The notes beneath the pieces were generated by a model that made no database searches, was not told the origin of the DNA, and was given only the letters and a program-made list of their open reading frames with translations. A DNA stretch of 64,000 nucleotides from an uncultured delta proteobacterium (GTDB lineage Bacteria > Myxococcota_A > Polyangia > Fen-1088). Below, piece after piece: positions 39,193 to 49,667 of this stretch. Position numbers and translations under genes: made by a program. The stretch spans positions 352,001-416,000 of the forward strand of contig CAVWIP010000017.1 of NCBI GenBank assembly GCA_963755125.1. The letters are read 5' to 3'. Every line of letters begins with the position of its first letter. The first letter of the stretch is position 1.

Positions 39193-40302
39193 CTGCAAAC
39201 CGAAGATTTCAACTACCAGCTGCCGTCTCGATTGGTTGCCACGCAGCCCGCGCCCCGGCGGGACGAATCGCGCTTGCTGATTCTTAGCCGAGACACGGGC
39301 GAGCGCAATCATGCACTTTTCGCAGACATCGCTCGCTTCTTGCGCCCGCGTTCTTTGCTGGTGGTGAACGACACGCGCGTCATTCCGGCGCGACTATCAG
39401 GAACCAAGTCCACCGGCGGCCAGGTTGAGGTTCTCCTGGTCGAGAGGTTGTTGTCTGAGGGCGATGGTGACTGCATCGGCGACGGCGGCTGGCGTGAGGA
39501 CTGGCGTGCACTGGCGCGCGGGCTGGGCCGGCAGCCGGCAGGCGCGCGCCTGCGGTTCTCGGGTGATGTGCAGGCCGAGATTCTTGGGCGCGGGCCTCGG
39601 GGAGAGGTCGAGCTTCGTTTTTCGGGGCCGGGCCAGGGCGGCTTGCTGACTTGCATCGAGGCGATCGGCTCGGTTCCGCTGCCGCCGTACATCGAGGCTG
39701 CACGAAAAGAGCGGGGCACTGCGGTTCGGGCGGCCGACGACAGGGCTCGCTACCAGACGGTCTATGCGCGCCAACCGGGCGCGGTCGCGGCTCCCACCGC
39801 GGGCCTGCATTTTACCGAGGAGCTTCTCCGCAGACTGCAGGCCGCGGGCCACGAGATCGCGCGCATCACCTTGCACGTGGGGCCTGGCACCTTTCGTCCG
39901 GTCGCTACCTCGGACCCCACCCAGCATCGCCTGGATGCCGAACGCTACGAGGTCTCCGACGCTGCCGCCGAGAGCGTGCGCCGGGCCCAAGAGCAAGGTC
40001 GGCCCATCGTGGCGGTGGGCACGACGGTGGTGCGAACCTTGGAGACACTGGCCCGGATCGGCGCGCTGGCTGCCGGCTGTGGTTCGACCCGCCTCTTGCT
40101 CTTGCCGGGGAGCGAGTTCCGCGTGGTGACCGATCTGGTGACCAACTTCCACTTGCCCCGCTCGTCGCTGCTCATGCTGGTAGCTGCTTTTGTTGGTCGC
40201 GAGCGCGTGCTGGATGCGTACCACGACGCCATCGAACGCGGGTACCGGTTCTACAGCTACGGCGACGCCATGTTCATCCGTCCCGGGAGTCTGCCCCAAT
40301 GA
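39193..40302 (+). CDS. queA: S-adenosylmethionine:tRNA ribosyltransferase-isomerase
   Basis: NDTRVIPARL, PLPPYI, YQTVYA, AAPTAGLHF, TNFHLP, FYSYGDAM. Start inferred at CTG 39193. Confidence 0.96.
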   Translation: MQTEDFNYQLPSRLVATQPAPRRDESRLLILSRDTGERNHALFADIARFLRPRSLLVVNDTRVIPARLSGTKSTGGQVEVLLVERLLSEGDGDCIGDGGWREDWRALARGLGRQPAGARLRFSGDVQAEILGRGPRGEVELRFSGPGQGGLLTCIEAIGSVPLPPYIEAARKERGTAVRAADDRARYQTVYARQPGAVAAPTAGLHFTEELLRRLQAAGHEIARITLHVGPGTFRPVATSDPTQHRLDAERYEVSDAAAESVRRAQEQGRPIVAVGTTVVRTLETLARIGALAAGCGSTRLLLLPGSEFRVVTDLVTNFHLPRSSLLMLVAAFVGRERVLDAYHDAIERGYRFYSYGDAMFIRPGSLPQ

Positions 40303-41417
40303 GTGCCGCATTTGTCGTGCAGGCACGCTGTGGTGAAGCGCGCGCCGGGCTGCTGCAGACCAACCACGGCCCGGTCGAGACGCCCGCGTTCATGCCGGTG
40401 GGTACGCAGGCCACGGTGAAGTCGCTGGCATCCGGCGATCTGGAAGCGCTCGGGGCGCGGATCGTCTTGGCCAACACCTATCACCTGGCCATGCGTCCAG
40501 GGGCTCGGCTGGTGCGCGACCTGGGTGGGTTGCACGCCTTCATGTCCTGGCCACGCGCCATCCTCACGGATTCAGGTGGCTATCAGGTGTTCAGCCACCA
40601 GGGGCGTTGCAAGATCGACGACGATGGCGTGACCTTCCATTCGCATGTCGACGGCAGCGCGCAGCGCCTGACGCCCGAGTCGGCCATGGCCATCCAGGCC
40701 GATCTGGGCAGCGACATCGCCATGGCTTTCGACGAGTGCCCGGCCTCACATGCCTCCGGCGAGGTATTGCGTCGGGCGATGGAGCGCACCACGCGCTGGG
40801 CGCGCCGCTGCGTGGCCGCCAGCCCCGCGCCCGGGCAACTGCGCTTCGCTATCGTGCAAGGGGGCACAGATATCGGCTTGCGCGCGGAACACCTGGCCGC
40901 GATCGCCGAGATGTCGTTTGACGGGGTAGCGCTGGGCGGGCTCAGCGTGGGGGAACCGCCCGAGACGATGCACGCGGTGGTGCGCCAGATCGCGCCACGC
41001 ATGCCGGATGCGCGTCCTCGCTATCTGATGGGTGTGGGAACCCCGGCCGATCTTCTGGCTGCCATCACCTCGGGCATCGACATGTTTGACTGCGTGATGC
41101 CGACGCGCGCCGCACGCAACGGTCGTCTGTTCGCGCGCGGGGGCCACATCAACATCGCGAATGCGGTTCATTGCACTTCCGCGCTCCCCATCGAAGAAGG
41201 CTGTCGCTGCGAGGCTTGTCGGCGCTACAGCCGCGCCTATCTGGCGCACCTTTTTCGCGTGAAGGAAATCCTCTACTACCGGCTCGCGACCCTGCACAAC
41301 CTCGAGTACTATCTGTCGCTGGTGCGTGGCGCGCGTCAGGCGATCGTGGATGGCCGGCTGTCCGAATACGTCGCGCAGCGGACCGTCCCCCTTGGAACTG
41401 GTGAGAAGATCTGCTAG
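40299..41417 (+). CDS. tgt: tRNA-guanine transglycosylase
   Basis: TPAFMPVGT, TDSGGYQ, DMFDCV, Zn site CRCEAC...HNL. Confidence 0.97.
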   Translation: MSAAFVVQARCGEARAGLLQTNHGPVETPAFMPVGTQATVKSLASGDLEALGARIVLANTYHLAMRPGARLVRDLGGLHAFMSWPRAILTDSGGYQVFSHQGRCKIDDDGVTFHSHVDGSAQRLTPESAMAIQADLGSDIAMAFDECPASHASGEVLRRAMERTTRWARRCVAASPAPGQLRFAIVQGGTDIGLRAEHLAAIAEMSFDGVALGGLSVGEPPETMHAVVRQIAPRMPDARPRYLMGVGTPADLLAAITSGIDMFDCVMPTRAARNGRLFARGGHINIANAVHCTSALPIEEGCRCEACRRYSRAYLAHLFRVKEILYYRLATLHNLEYYLSLVRGARQAIVDGRLSEYVAQRTVPLGTGEKIC

Positions 41418-41427
41418 CGCTGTGGTC

Positions 41428-42216
41428 ATGGCCAAGCGCGTGGGTGTCGTTCTTTCTGGCTGCGGCGCCGAGGATGGTTCCGAGGTCCGCGAAGCCGTGT
41501 TGACTTTGCTGTCGCTCGAACGCGGCGGGGCCGAGCCGGTTTGTCTTGCCCCGGACCTCACCCAGTCACGGGTGGTCGACCATCTGAACGGCAAAGTCGA
41601 CCCCGGTGCGGGGCCTCGTCGGGTGTCGTCGGAATCGGCTCGCATAGCGCGCGGTCAGTTGCGCGACATCGCCAGCGTGCGCGACAATGAACTCGACGCG
41701 CTCATCTTCCCTGGCGGCCAAGGCGTGGCCTGCGTGCTGTCGAACTACGCCGACAAGGGTGTGGTTTGCAACGTGCATCCAGACGTGGAGCGTCTGCTCA
41801 AGGGCATGCTGGCGCGGCGCCGGCCTATGGGATTCATCTGCCTGGCGCCCATCCTGGCTGCTCGGGTGCTCGGGCCGGTGGCCGGCGTGCGCATCACCCT
41901 TGGCTCGCGCGCGTGTGAACCGGCCAAGCATGCCGCGGTCATGGGCGCTGACGTGCGTCCGTGCCCGGTGCGAGACATCGTGGTCGACCAGAAGACCAGC
42001 GTCGTGACCACGCCAGCCTATATGGTCGACGACGCGCGCCTGCTCGACGTGGCGGTGGGTATCGACAAGGCGGTGCGCATGGTGCTGTCGCTGGCTCGCG
42101 ATCGGCGCCCCCGACCTTCACCCGGGCCGACGGAGCCGTTGCCGGTCAAGGGGCCGCCGCCCGCCAGTCAGCCCATCCCGGCGGGCGAACCCATCGTTCG
42201 CAAGCGCCCGGGCTAG
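41428..42216 (+). CDS. elbB: ElbB/ES1-family glyoxalase (DJ-1/PfpI superfamily)
   Basis: VLSGCGAEDGSE, ESARIARG, GFICLAP, TTPAYM. Confidence 0.88.
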   Translation: MAKRVGVVLSGCGAEDGSEVREAVLTLLSLERGGAEPVCLAPDLTQSRVVDHLNGKVDPGAGPRRVSSESARIARGQLRDIASVRDNELDALIFPGGQGVACVLSNYADKGVVCNVHPDVERLLKGMLARRRPMGFICLAPILAARVLGPVAGVRITLGSRACEPAKHAAVMGADVRPCPVRDIVVDQKTSVVTTPAYMVDDARLLDVAVGIDKAVRMVLSLARDRRPRPSPGPTEPLPVKGPPPASQPIPAGEPIVRKRPG

Positions 42217-42308
42217 CGCCGCCGCTTGTCCGGTCCAGCAACTCCCTGTGGCTCGCGGCCCAGCCAAGGGATCTCCCGGCGGGGGACGGTCTGTGCGATG
42301 ATAGACCC

Positions 42309-42704
42309 ATGAGATTCTCCGACGTGTGCGTGATGCTGTCGTTCTTGGTGGTCATCGCGGTCATCGCCCGGATGCTGAAGGCCATCCGCTTGCTGGACGG
42401 ACGCGTGACCCTTTTGCAGGAACAGATTTCGCAGAGCCGCGCAGTCATGAAGAAGGGGGCCGCCGCCAATCCGCGAACGCCCGCGCCGGTGGTGGCACAG
42501 ACTGCTTACCAGGCGAGAAACTCCGTCCCCGCGCAAAGTCCCGGAGAGGTGACCACCTATGAGATAGAGGAAACCGACGTGGAAACGCTGCTGGCTTCCA
42601 TGACCGCCGAGCAAGAGCGCATGAAGAAGGCCATGGGGCGTGACTTCCAGGTGCGCCCAGGCAAGCGTTCCGCCGCCGCGATCCGGGGAAAGCGGGTCGG
42701 GTGA
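42309..42704 (+). CDS. Small membrane-anchored hypothetical protein
   Basis: N-terminal TM helix followed by a short coiled coil. Confidence 0.55.
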   Translation: MRFSDVCVMLSFLVVIAVIARMLKAIRLLDGRVTLLQEQISQSRAVMKKGAAANPRTPAPVVAQTAYQARNSVPAQSPGEVTTYEIEETDVETLLASMTAEQERMKKAMGRDFQVRPGKRSAAAIRGKRVG

Positions 42705-42836
42705 GACTGTGCACGAAATCGCCGCTCGGCTGGAAAGGAAGCAGCCCGGGTGGCGAGCCGAAGATAGAGTAAGCAAGTCGTCAGCTGGATAGCGCGAGCG
42801 TTCGCTCGCTACCCACGCGCGGAGGCGCTGCCTCGG

Positions 42837-43355
42837 CTACTTCTCGTCGAGGCGCCGGTTCTTCTTGATCTGATCGAGCGCCTTCTGGTACTCGACTTCC
42901 CAGGTCGCGGTTCCCTCTTCCAGGTTCTTGATCCGGCGGCGCACCTCGGCGTCGACCTCGTCGTCCACCAGCATGTGCTTTTTCAGGATGTCGACCATCC
43001 GCTTTCGCAGGGTGGCGTCGTCGGCGAAGATTTCTTCGACGTGCAGGGATTGCATGAACGACTCGATGATCTGCGTGGTCATCCACTCCAGGCCCTCGTC
43101 TCCCAGGCCGAAGCTTTTCTCGTTGGCCAGCGAGCGCTTGACCTTGCCGAACTGCTCGTAGGGCAGGTTGCGTTTTTGCAGCAGATCCTTCGTTTTGTCG
43201 ACGATCTCTCGTTCTAGGCGCAGGTACTCCTTCAGCACCGCCTGCACGTCGAGTTCGGCCTCGGCCCGGTCGGTGACCGAGATATCTTCCGCGTCGACCA
43301 GTGCCTTGATGATCTCGGCACCAATCACGGGGATCTTTCCGGCGTAAAGACGCAT
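42837..43355 (-). CDS. DUF507-like protein
   Basis: MRLYAGKI N-terminus, VEEIFADD, DAEVRRRIKNLEEG. Confidence 0.7.
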   Translation of the reverse strand: MRLYAGKIPVIGAEIIKALVDAEDISVTDRAEAELDVQAVLKEYLRLEREIVDKTKDLLQKRNLPYEQFGKVKRSLANEKSFGLGDEGLEWMTTQIIESFMQSLHVEEIFADDATLRKRMVDILKKHMLVDDEVDAEVRRRIKNLEEGTATWEVEYQKALDQIKKNRRLDEK

Positions 43356-43424
43356 GGTTCTTGCGGCTTCTATAGGACCGGGTGGGGCTCCGTCAAGGAA
43401 TCACGCCGGCTCCTTTCTCGGAGC

Positions 43425-43452
43425 TTGACAGGAGAGGCCAGGCAAGCAAAAT
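43425..43452 (+). promoter_or_regulatory. Sigma-70-like promoter for the tRNA
   Basis: TTGACA-N16-CAAAAT followed by a GC-rich discriminator. Confidence 0.45.
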
Positions 43453-43511
43453 CCCCCGGCGTCCCTTTTCGTTTGCTCTTCGCAGACGCGTGAGCGACGC
43501 ATCAGACACCC

Positions 43512-43585
43512 GGCGGGTTAGCTCAGTTGGTTAGAGCAGGCGTTTCATACGCGCCGGGCCCTCGGTTCGAGTCCGAGACCCGCCA
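43512..43585 (+). tRNA. tRNA-Met (CAT), probably elongator; CCA not encoded
   Basis: Acceptor stem GGCGGGT/ACCCGCC, D arm GCTCAGTTGGTTAGAGC, anticodon arm GGCGT-TTCATAC-GCGCC, T loop TTCGAGT. Confidence 0.93.
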
Positions 43586-43780
43586 CAATTCGAGATTCCA
43601 CAGCAGTCCGCGGAAGTCCGGCAACGGGCAAGAATCACGCGGATTTCCCGGGAAATACGGTCCAATAGCGTCCGGGCCGTTCCGTTGACGTAGACAACGT
43701 GGTCCCGCTCCGCCCGACGGTCGCTTACCCCAGTGGCTAGCGCCCTCTGTCGTTGGCGAGCGCGGTAGTACGCCCGTGCC

Positions 43781-44134
43781 TCACGACTTCATTTTCTTCG
43801 GTGCGAGTTGCCCCAGGCTGTCGCACAGGGTGCGCCAGTCGTCGCCCGTCTCGGTCAAGAAGATTCCCACGCGCGACGTGAATCGTGGGTCGACGCTTTC
43901 CATCGTGGTGGCATGCACGATTATTCCTGACACCGTGATCTCGCTCGGTGGCTCCTCGATGCGCACGGTGACCCGGATGCGGGTGCCCACCGGTCGGGAA
44001 TCGGGCATGACCAACTGCATGCCGCGCTGACTCGCGTTCACGATGCGCGAGTGGATGGTCGGGCTCAAGACATCGATGGTGATGAGGGCGGTCGCCTCAA
44101 GCGCCAGCCGGGGTCCGTCAGTGCGTCTCTCCAT
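43781..44134 (-). CDS. PilZ-domain protein
   Basis: ERRTDGPR, NASQRGM, VGIFL. Confidence 0.75.
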   Translation of the reverse strand: MERRTDGPRLALEATALITIDVLSPTIHSRIVNASQRGMQLVMPDSRPVGTRIRVTVRIEEPPSEITVSGIIVHATTMESVDPRFTSRVGIFLTETGDDWRTLCDSLGQLAPKKMKS

Positions 44135-44169
44135 GGGCACCAGGAAAGCGTCTCCCGTCGCCCGAATCG

Positions 44170-44979
44170 CTACTTCTTCTTGGCCTTGGTTGCCGTCGAA
44201 TCATCACCGGCCGCGGGTGCGGCCGCAGGAGCAGGCGGCGTGCTTGCGGGCGCGGTGCTCTTGGACGGGGAAGCTGCGGCACCGGCGGGTGGCGCTTCCG
44301 GGGCCGCGTCGGCTGTTTCGGGATTGCGTTCCCACTTGTCCGCCCGGCCTGATCCAGTCGTGTCCGTCCCGATGCGGTCCAGACGACCATTTTCGTAGTA
44401 CTGCCATTCGTCGGGTTTGCCGTCGCCGTTGCTGTCGCGCTCGATGCGAACCAGCTTTCCGCCCTCGTAGAATTCCACGTAGTCGGGCTTGCCGTCGCCA
44501 TCCATGTCGCGCTCCATGCGCACCTTCTTGCCGTCCTGATAGTAGACCCGCTCGTCGAACTTGCCGTCGAAGTCCAGATCGAAATCCTCAGTCATAAGCA
44601 ACCCGCCCGGACCGTAGCTGTAGATGATGTCCATCTTGCCGTCGTGGTTGAGGTCGACCTGGCGACAGGTCATCTGCTGGACCTTCTGTCCACCCTGTTC
44701 CACCACCGTGTAAAGCTTGATGACATCAGGCTTGCCGTCGCCGTTGGTGTCCGCGGTGATCACCTGCTTGCCCTTGTCATCACAACGTGAGCGGTCGAAC
44801 TGGGCGCCGAAGTCGCCTTGACTGAACTTGAGCCCACTGCTGGCGGCGCCAGGTGAGGCTGCGGCGTTGCTGCCGCCACAGCCCGAGGCCGCAAGGGCCA
44901 CGGTGCAGCAGGCCAACCAGATTACTAGAATTTCGCGGGACGCCCCGCGCCCGCGTGACGATGCATGACAAGCGAACAT
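44170..44979 (-). CDS. Lipoprotein with six DxDxDG-type (putative Ca2+-binding) repeats
   Basis: Lipobox ASG-C; DTNGDGKPD, DLNHDGKMD, DLDFDGKFD, DMDGDGKPD, DSNGDGKPD, DTTGSGRAD. Start uncertain. Confidence 0.75.
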   Translation of the reverse strand: MFACHASSRGRGASREILVIWLACCTVALAASGCGGSNAAASPGAASSGLKFSQGDFGAQFDRSRCDDKGKQVITADTNGDGKPDVIKLYTVVEQGGQKVQQMTCRQVDLNHDGKMDIIYSYGPGGLLMTEDFDLDFDGKFDERVYYQDGKKVRMERDMDGDGKPDYVEFYEGGKLVRIERDSNGDGKPDEWQYYENGRLDRIGTDTTGSGRADKWERNPETADAAPEAPPAGAAASPSKSTAPASTPPAPAAAPAAGDDSTATKAKKK

Positions 44980-45053
44980 GCGGCATAGGCTAGGCCCAAA
45001 AAAATGTGGCAGCAAGTCCCATTGATTGTCGCTGCCATGCCGCGATAGGCGAT

Positions 45054-45332
45054 TGTCGCGTGGGGAGCCCGCTGGCTTCGTCGGCGGCGCACCATCGCGG
45101 GAGCGTATGGCGAGGCCGAGCGCGAGGGCGCGAGCGCAGCGAGCGGGTGTGGTGGGGAAGGTGCAGGTCCCGAAGTCCCCGAAGGGGGAAGCGAGCGGGG
45201 TAGGGGTGGCAGGTGGGGGCCGAAGGGCGGAGCGAACCCTTTGAGGGTTCCCATGATCGCGTCGGCGAAGGCGGGCTTAGCCCGCCGGAGCCAGAGCGCG
45301 GGAGGGGTTGGAAACCCTTTGAGGGTTCCCAT
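45054..45332 (+). repeat. REP/REPIN-like element copy 2 plus an adjacent shorter variant
   Basis: 45054-45255 matches copy 1; 45256-45332 ends in the same AACCCTTTGAGGGTTCCCAT. Confidence 0.85.
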
Positions 45333-45372
45333 CTTGATTGACTGCTGACGTATGGTCATGCATGGTCCCGTC

Positions 45373-45558
45373 ATGGCGCGGAAGAAGGTTTCGACAACCG
45401 TGTACATCACGCCGGAGCAGGACGAGCTTCTCAAGCTGCTGCACCACAAGACCAAGGTGCCGGTCGCGGAATACATCCGCCAGGGAATCGACCTGGTGCT
45501 CGACCGGGAAAAGAGTCATCTTCCCGGGCAACTTTTCCTCGACGTCGTTCGCCGGTAG
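45373..45558 (+). CDS. Ribbon-helix-helix DNA-binding protein
   Basis: KKVSTTVYIT strand followed by two helices (VPVAEYIRQGIDLVL). Confidence 0.85.
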   Translation: MARKKVSTTVYITPEQDELLKLLHHKTKVPVAEYIRQGIDLVLDREKSHLPGQLFLDVVRR

Positions 45559-45564
45559 CTGTCA

Positions 45565-47367
45565 GTGCCGACCCCCATCCAACAGATACGGAACTTCTCT
45601 ATCATCGCGCACATCGATCACGGCAAGTCGACCCTGGCGGATCGCTTGCTCGACGCAACCGGCGCCCTGACTGCGCGCGAGCAGAAGGCGCAGTTTCTCG
45701 ACAACATGGAGCTGGAACGCGAGCGAGGTATCACCATCAAGGCGGCCACCGTGCGGCTTAGCTACAAGGCCGCCGACGGGCAAACCTATGAGCTGAATCT
45801 CATCGATACCCCGGGCCACGTGGATTTCCACTATGAGGTGTCGCGTTCGTTGGCCGCGTGCGAGGGTGCGCTGCTGGTGGTGGATGCTTCGCAGGGCGTG
45901 GAGGCGCAGACCCTGGCCAATGTCTACCTGGCGACCGAGCACAATCTCGCTATCGTGCCGGTGATCAACAAGATCGATCTGCCATCGGCTGACCCCGAAG
46001 GCGCCAAGCGCCAGATCGAAGAAGTCATCGGCATCGATGCGTCGGGATCCATTCTCGCTTCAGCCAAGGATGGGCGCGGCATCGCGGACATTTTGGAAGC
46101 CGTGGTCGCGCGTATCCCCCCGCCTGTGGGGTCTCTGGCCAAGCCGCTCAAGGTGCTGCTCCTCGATAGCTGGTACGACAGCTATCGAGGCGTGGTGCTG
46201 CTGGTGCGGGTGGTCGACGGCACCCTGCGAGCGAAACAGAAGATTCGTCTGATGGCGGCGGCGCGCGACTACGAGATCGTGTCCCTGGGCGCGTTTGCGC
46301 CGTTTGCCACTGACGTGGCCGAGCTGGGGCCGGGCGAGGTGGGATTCATCACCGCCGCCATCAAGGAAGTGGCCGACGCGCGCGTGGGTGACACCATCAC
46401 GGAGGCGAGCAAGCCCTGCGAGGCGCCCCTGCCTGGCTTTCAGCCGGCTAAGCCCATGGTGTTCGCGGGCATCTTCCCGACCGATCCGGCGCGCTACGAG
46501 GATCTGCGCGATGCTCTCGACAAGCTGCGCCTGAACGACGCCTCGTTCAGCCGCGAGCCTGAAGTGTCGGCGGCGCTTGGCTTTGGCTTTCGCTGCGGCT
46601 TCCTCGGCTTGCTTCACATGGAGATCGTCCAGGAACGGCTGGAGCGCGAGTACAATCTGGATCTGGTCACCACCGCGCCCACCGTTCGTTTCCGGATCGT
46701 GCTGCGCAATGGGGACATCGTCGACCTGGACAATCCTGCCAAGTTCCCGGCGGAAGGCGAGATCGACCACATCGAGGAGCCGATGATCGCGGCGGTCATC
46801 CACACGCCGCCCGAGTTTGTGGGTGGGCTGCTCAAGCTGTGTCAGGAGCGGCGGGGCACCCAGACCAGCCTCAGTTACGCTGGCGAGAAGCGCGTGATCA
46901 TTCGCTACGATCTGCCGCTCACCGAGGTGGTGTTCGGATTCTACGACCGCATGAAATCCGTGTCGCGCGGTTATGCCTCGCTCGACTACGAGCCCAAGGG
47001 CTACCAGCCGGCGGATTTGGTGCGGCTGGACCTGTTGGTGAACGGCGACCGAGTCGATTCGCTGTCCGCGGTGGTCCACCGCGAAACCTCGTACATCAAG
47101 GGCCGCGACCTGTGCATCAAGATGAAGGAACTGATCCCGATGCAACAGTTCGAGGTCGCCATCCAGGCTGCGCTGGGCTCGCGTGTGATTGCCAAGACCG
47201 TGGTGAAGGCCTTGCGCAAGAACGTGACCGCGAAGTGCTACGGCGGCGACATCACCCGCAAGCGCAAGTTGTTAGAGAAGCAGAAGGAAGGTAAGAAGCG
47301 GATGAAGCAGGTGGGAAACGTGGAAATTCCGCAAGAGGCATTCCTGGCCATTCTCAAGGTCGAATGA
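45565..47367 (+). CDS. lepA: Elongation factor 4 (LepA)
   Basis: [49 protein letters not shown]. Confidence 0.98.
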   Translation: MPTPIQQIRNFSIIAHIDHGKSTLADRLLDATGALTAREQKAQFLDNMELERERGITIKAATVRLSYKAADGQTYELNLIDTPGHVDFHYEVSRSLAACEGALLVVDASQGVEAQTLANVYLATEHNLAIVPVINKIDLPSADPEGAKRQIEEVIGIDASGSILASAKDGRGIADILEAVVARIPPPVGSLAKPLKVLLLDSWYDSYRGVVLLVRVVDGTLRAKQKIRLMAAARDYEIVSLGAFAPFATDVAELGPGEVGFITAAIKEVADARVGDTITEASKPCEAPLPGFQPAKPMVFAGIFPTDPARYEDLRDALDKLRLNDASFSREPEVSAALGFGFRCGFLGLLHMEIVQERLEREYNLDLVTTAPTVRFRIVLRNGDIVDLDNPAKFPAEGEIDHIEEPMIAAVIHTPPEFVGGLLKLCQERRGTQTSLSYAGEKRVIIRYDLPLTEVVFGFYDRMKSVSRGYASLDYEPKGYQPADLVRLDLLVNGDRVDSLSAVVHRETSYIKGRDLCIKMKELIPMQQFEVAIQAALGSRVIAKTVVKALRKNVTAKCYGGDITRKRKLLEKQKEGKKRMKQVGNVEIPQEAFLAILKVE

Positions 47368-48338
47368 ACATGGTGAGCAAACTATGGTCCGCGTGGCGGA
47401 CGCACAAGTCCTGGAATCGGGCGCGCGACGAGGGCAAGCATCTGGTGAAAGAGTCGCGGCGCATCTTGAGGCGGAGGAGCTATCGCATTCCGCAGACGGT
47501 GGCCGGAGAGATCGAGGCGGCGGTGGCCGACGTCGAGTCAGCCGGTAAGGGCGAAGACTTCGAGCGCCTGCGCGAGGCCATCGCGACCCTCGACGAGCGC
47601 ATGGACAAGCACCTGGCCTTTGCGCGCAAGTCGACCGCACGCGAGTACGCCGAATCGATCGGGGTGGCCCTGGCCGTGGCCCTGCTCCTGCGCGCCTTCG
47701 TGGTGGAGGCTTTCCAGATCCCGTCGGGGTCGATGATCCCGACCCTGGAGATCGGAGACCACATCTTCGTGTCGAAGTTCGCCTACGGCATCGGGATTCC
47801 GTTCACCAACAAGAAGGTGATGGAGTTCGGCGATCCCAAGCGCGGCGATATCATCGTCTTTCGCTACCCGCCGGACCCTTCGACGGACTTCATCAAGCGC
47901 GTGGTGGGTCTGCCAGGCGATCTGGTCGAACTCCGCCACAATCAGGTCTTCATCAACGGTCAACCCATGCCGCGCGAGCGCACCGTCGGCACTTGTCGCT
48001 ACAACGAGGGTCGCAGCCCCGAGGAGGCGCGCGACTGCGAATTGTGGATCGAGATCCTCGGCAGCAAGGCCCACAAGATCTACCAGGATCCGAATCAGCC
48101 GCCGCAGGACTGGGGCCCCCGGCTGGTGCCTCCGCGCAGCGTCTTCGTCATGGGCGACAACCGCGACAACTCGCGCGACTCTCGCGTCTGGGGTTTTGTG
48201 CCCTACGACAACGTCAAGGGCCGGGCGCTGGTGGTTTGGTGGTCGCGTGATCCGGCGTACGGCGGGTGGTCACCCGAAGGCGTGGCCGAATGGTTCAAGT
48301 CCATTCGCCTCTCTCGTTTCTTCAGCGTGGTCAGATAA
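47364..48338 (+). CDS. lepB: Signal peptidase I with N-terminal helical extension
   Basis: [33 protein letters not shown]; downstream of lepA. Confidence 0.96.
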   Translation: MNMVSKLWSAWRTHKSWNRARDEGKHLVKESRRILRRRSYRIPQTVAGEIEAAVADVESAGKGEDFERLREAIATLDERMDKHLAFARKSTAREYAESIGVALAVALLLRAFVVEAFQIPSGSMIPTLEIGDHIFVSKFAYGIGIPFTNKKVMEFGDPKRGDIIVFRYPPDPSTDFIKRVVGLPGDLVELRHNQVFINGQPMPRERTVGTCRYNEGRSPEEARDCELWIEILGSKAHKIYQDPNQPPQDWGPRLVPPRSVFVMGDNRDNSRDSRVWGFVPYDNVKGRALVVWWSRDPAYGGWSPEGVAEWFKSIRLSRFFSVVR

Positions 48339-48373
48339 CCGGCCGCCGACTCCGGCCACCGGCCTACAGCCTG

Positions 48374-49654
48374 CTATCGCGACAGTAGATAGATCGCCGT
48401 TCCCACCACGACCAGAATGGCTCCGACCACCACCACCACGCGCTTGGCTTCCCGACGCACGGGAGCGGCATCCAGCGTCGCGAGCACGTCGGCGATGTTT
48501 TGGCGAAGCGCCGCGGCGCTCGCGTGTCGGTCATTGCGAGCCTTGGCCACCATCTTCAGCACTACTTCATCGACCGCAGCCGGGATTGCCAAATCGGGTC
48601 GCAGGCTGGATGGGGCAGGGGGTGGATCCTGCAGGTGGAACTGGATGACTTCGGTGGTGCTCTTCGCGCCCTTGAACGGGAGTTGTCCGGTGAGCATCTC
48701 GTAGGCGACCATGCCGAGCGCATAGATGTCCGAACGCCCGTCGAGCGCCTTGCCGCGCAGTTGTTCGGGCGACATGAATTCCAGAGTGCCCACGGTTTGG
48801 CCGATGGCCGTCAGGGCGGGCACGATCTTGCTCCCGTCACCCGACAGGATCTTGGCGATGCCAAAGTCGAGCACCTTGACGAAATCCGCCTCGCCGCGCC
48901 GCTCGACCATGATGTTTTCGGGCTTCATGTCACGATGGACGATGCCCTTGTCGTGCGCCTCGCCCAACGCCTCCGCGACCTGGTCCAAGATGCACAGGGC
49001 GCGGCCCGGTTCGATGACGCCATCGCGGTGCTGGATCTCCTGCAGGCTCTCGCCCCGGACCAGCTCCATGGCCAGGTAGAGCACTCCGTCCTCGGTCTGG
49101 TCGAAATCGTAGATGGTGACGGTGTGCGGGTTGCGGAGCTGCGAGCATGCCTCGGCTTCGCGCCGGAAACGGGCCACGACCGTTGCGTCGGCCACGCTGT
49201 GGGGGTGGAGGATCTTGAGCGCCACCGGCCGACCGGTGGCAAGCTGCTTACCTTCGAAGACTGCGCCAAAGCCTCCTTCGCCGATCTTGCGCTCGACCCG
49301 GTAGCGGTTGTTCAGCGTCCGACCCATCAGGTCGTTCAGGGAGCTCGGGCGGGGCGTGACGGCAATCGGAGGCGGCGTGACCGGACGAACTGCCATCGGG
49401 GTCGGTGTGAGCGGACGCGCGGCAACCGGCCCCGATCGTCCGCTCAGTGGCGAACCGGTGTGGGGCACGGGCACGCCGGATGCGGGACTCATCACGCGCA
49501 CGCCGGCGGGCTGGGACAGGGCAGGGTCGAGAACTCGTTCCAGTGACCGGTCGAGCTTTCCGGAGACAACTGGGATGGGCGCACCGCAGACGCCGCAGAA
49601 GCGAGCCTGTGGCTCGGCGGCGGTCTTGCACTGGGCGCATAGCCTGGTTGCCAT
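48374..49654 (-). CDS. Hanks-type Ser/Thr kinase with N-terminal zinc ribbon and C-terminal TM helix
   Basis: CAQC...CGVC, GEGGFG, HRDMKPEN, DFG, MSPEQ. Confidence 0.95.
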   Translation of the reverse strand: MATRLCAQCKTAAEPQARFCGVCGAPIPVVSGKLDRSLERVLDPALSQPAGVRVMSPASGVPVPHTGSPLSGRSGPVAARPLTPTPMAVRPVTPPPIAVTPRPSSLNDLMGRTLNNRYRVERKIGEGGFGAVFEGKQLATGRPVALKILHPHSVADATVVARFRREAEACSQLRNPHTVTIYDFDQTEDGVLYLAMELVRGESLQEIQHRDGVIEPGRALCILDQVAEALGEAHDKGIVHRDMKPENIMVERRGEADFVKVLDFGIAKILSGDGSKIVPALTAIGQTVGTLEFMSPEQLRGKALDGRSDIYALGMVAYEMLTGQLPFKGAKSTTEVIQFHLQDPPPAPSSLRPDLAIPAAVDEVVLKMVAKARNDRHASAAALRQNIADVLATLDAAPVRREAKRVVVVVGAILVVVGTAIYLLSR

Positions 49655-49667
49655 GGGTTCCCGAAAC

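Noticed and set aside
42720..42755. GGAAAGGAAGCAGC resembling the SRP RNA core
   Set aside because: Lacks the CAGG...CCGGAAGG helix context and the long SRP stem. It reads as a simple hairpin between convergent genes.
42794..42812. GTAG plus palindrome (GTAGCGAGCGAACGCTCGC, minus strand) resembling a classical REP
   Set aside because: Single copy in the window; cannot be distinguished from a terminator-like hairpin.
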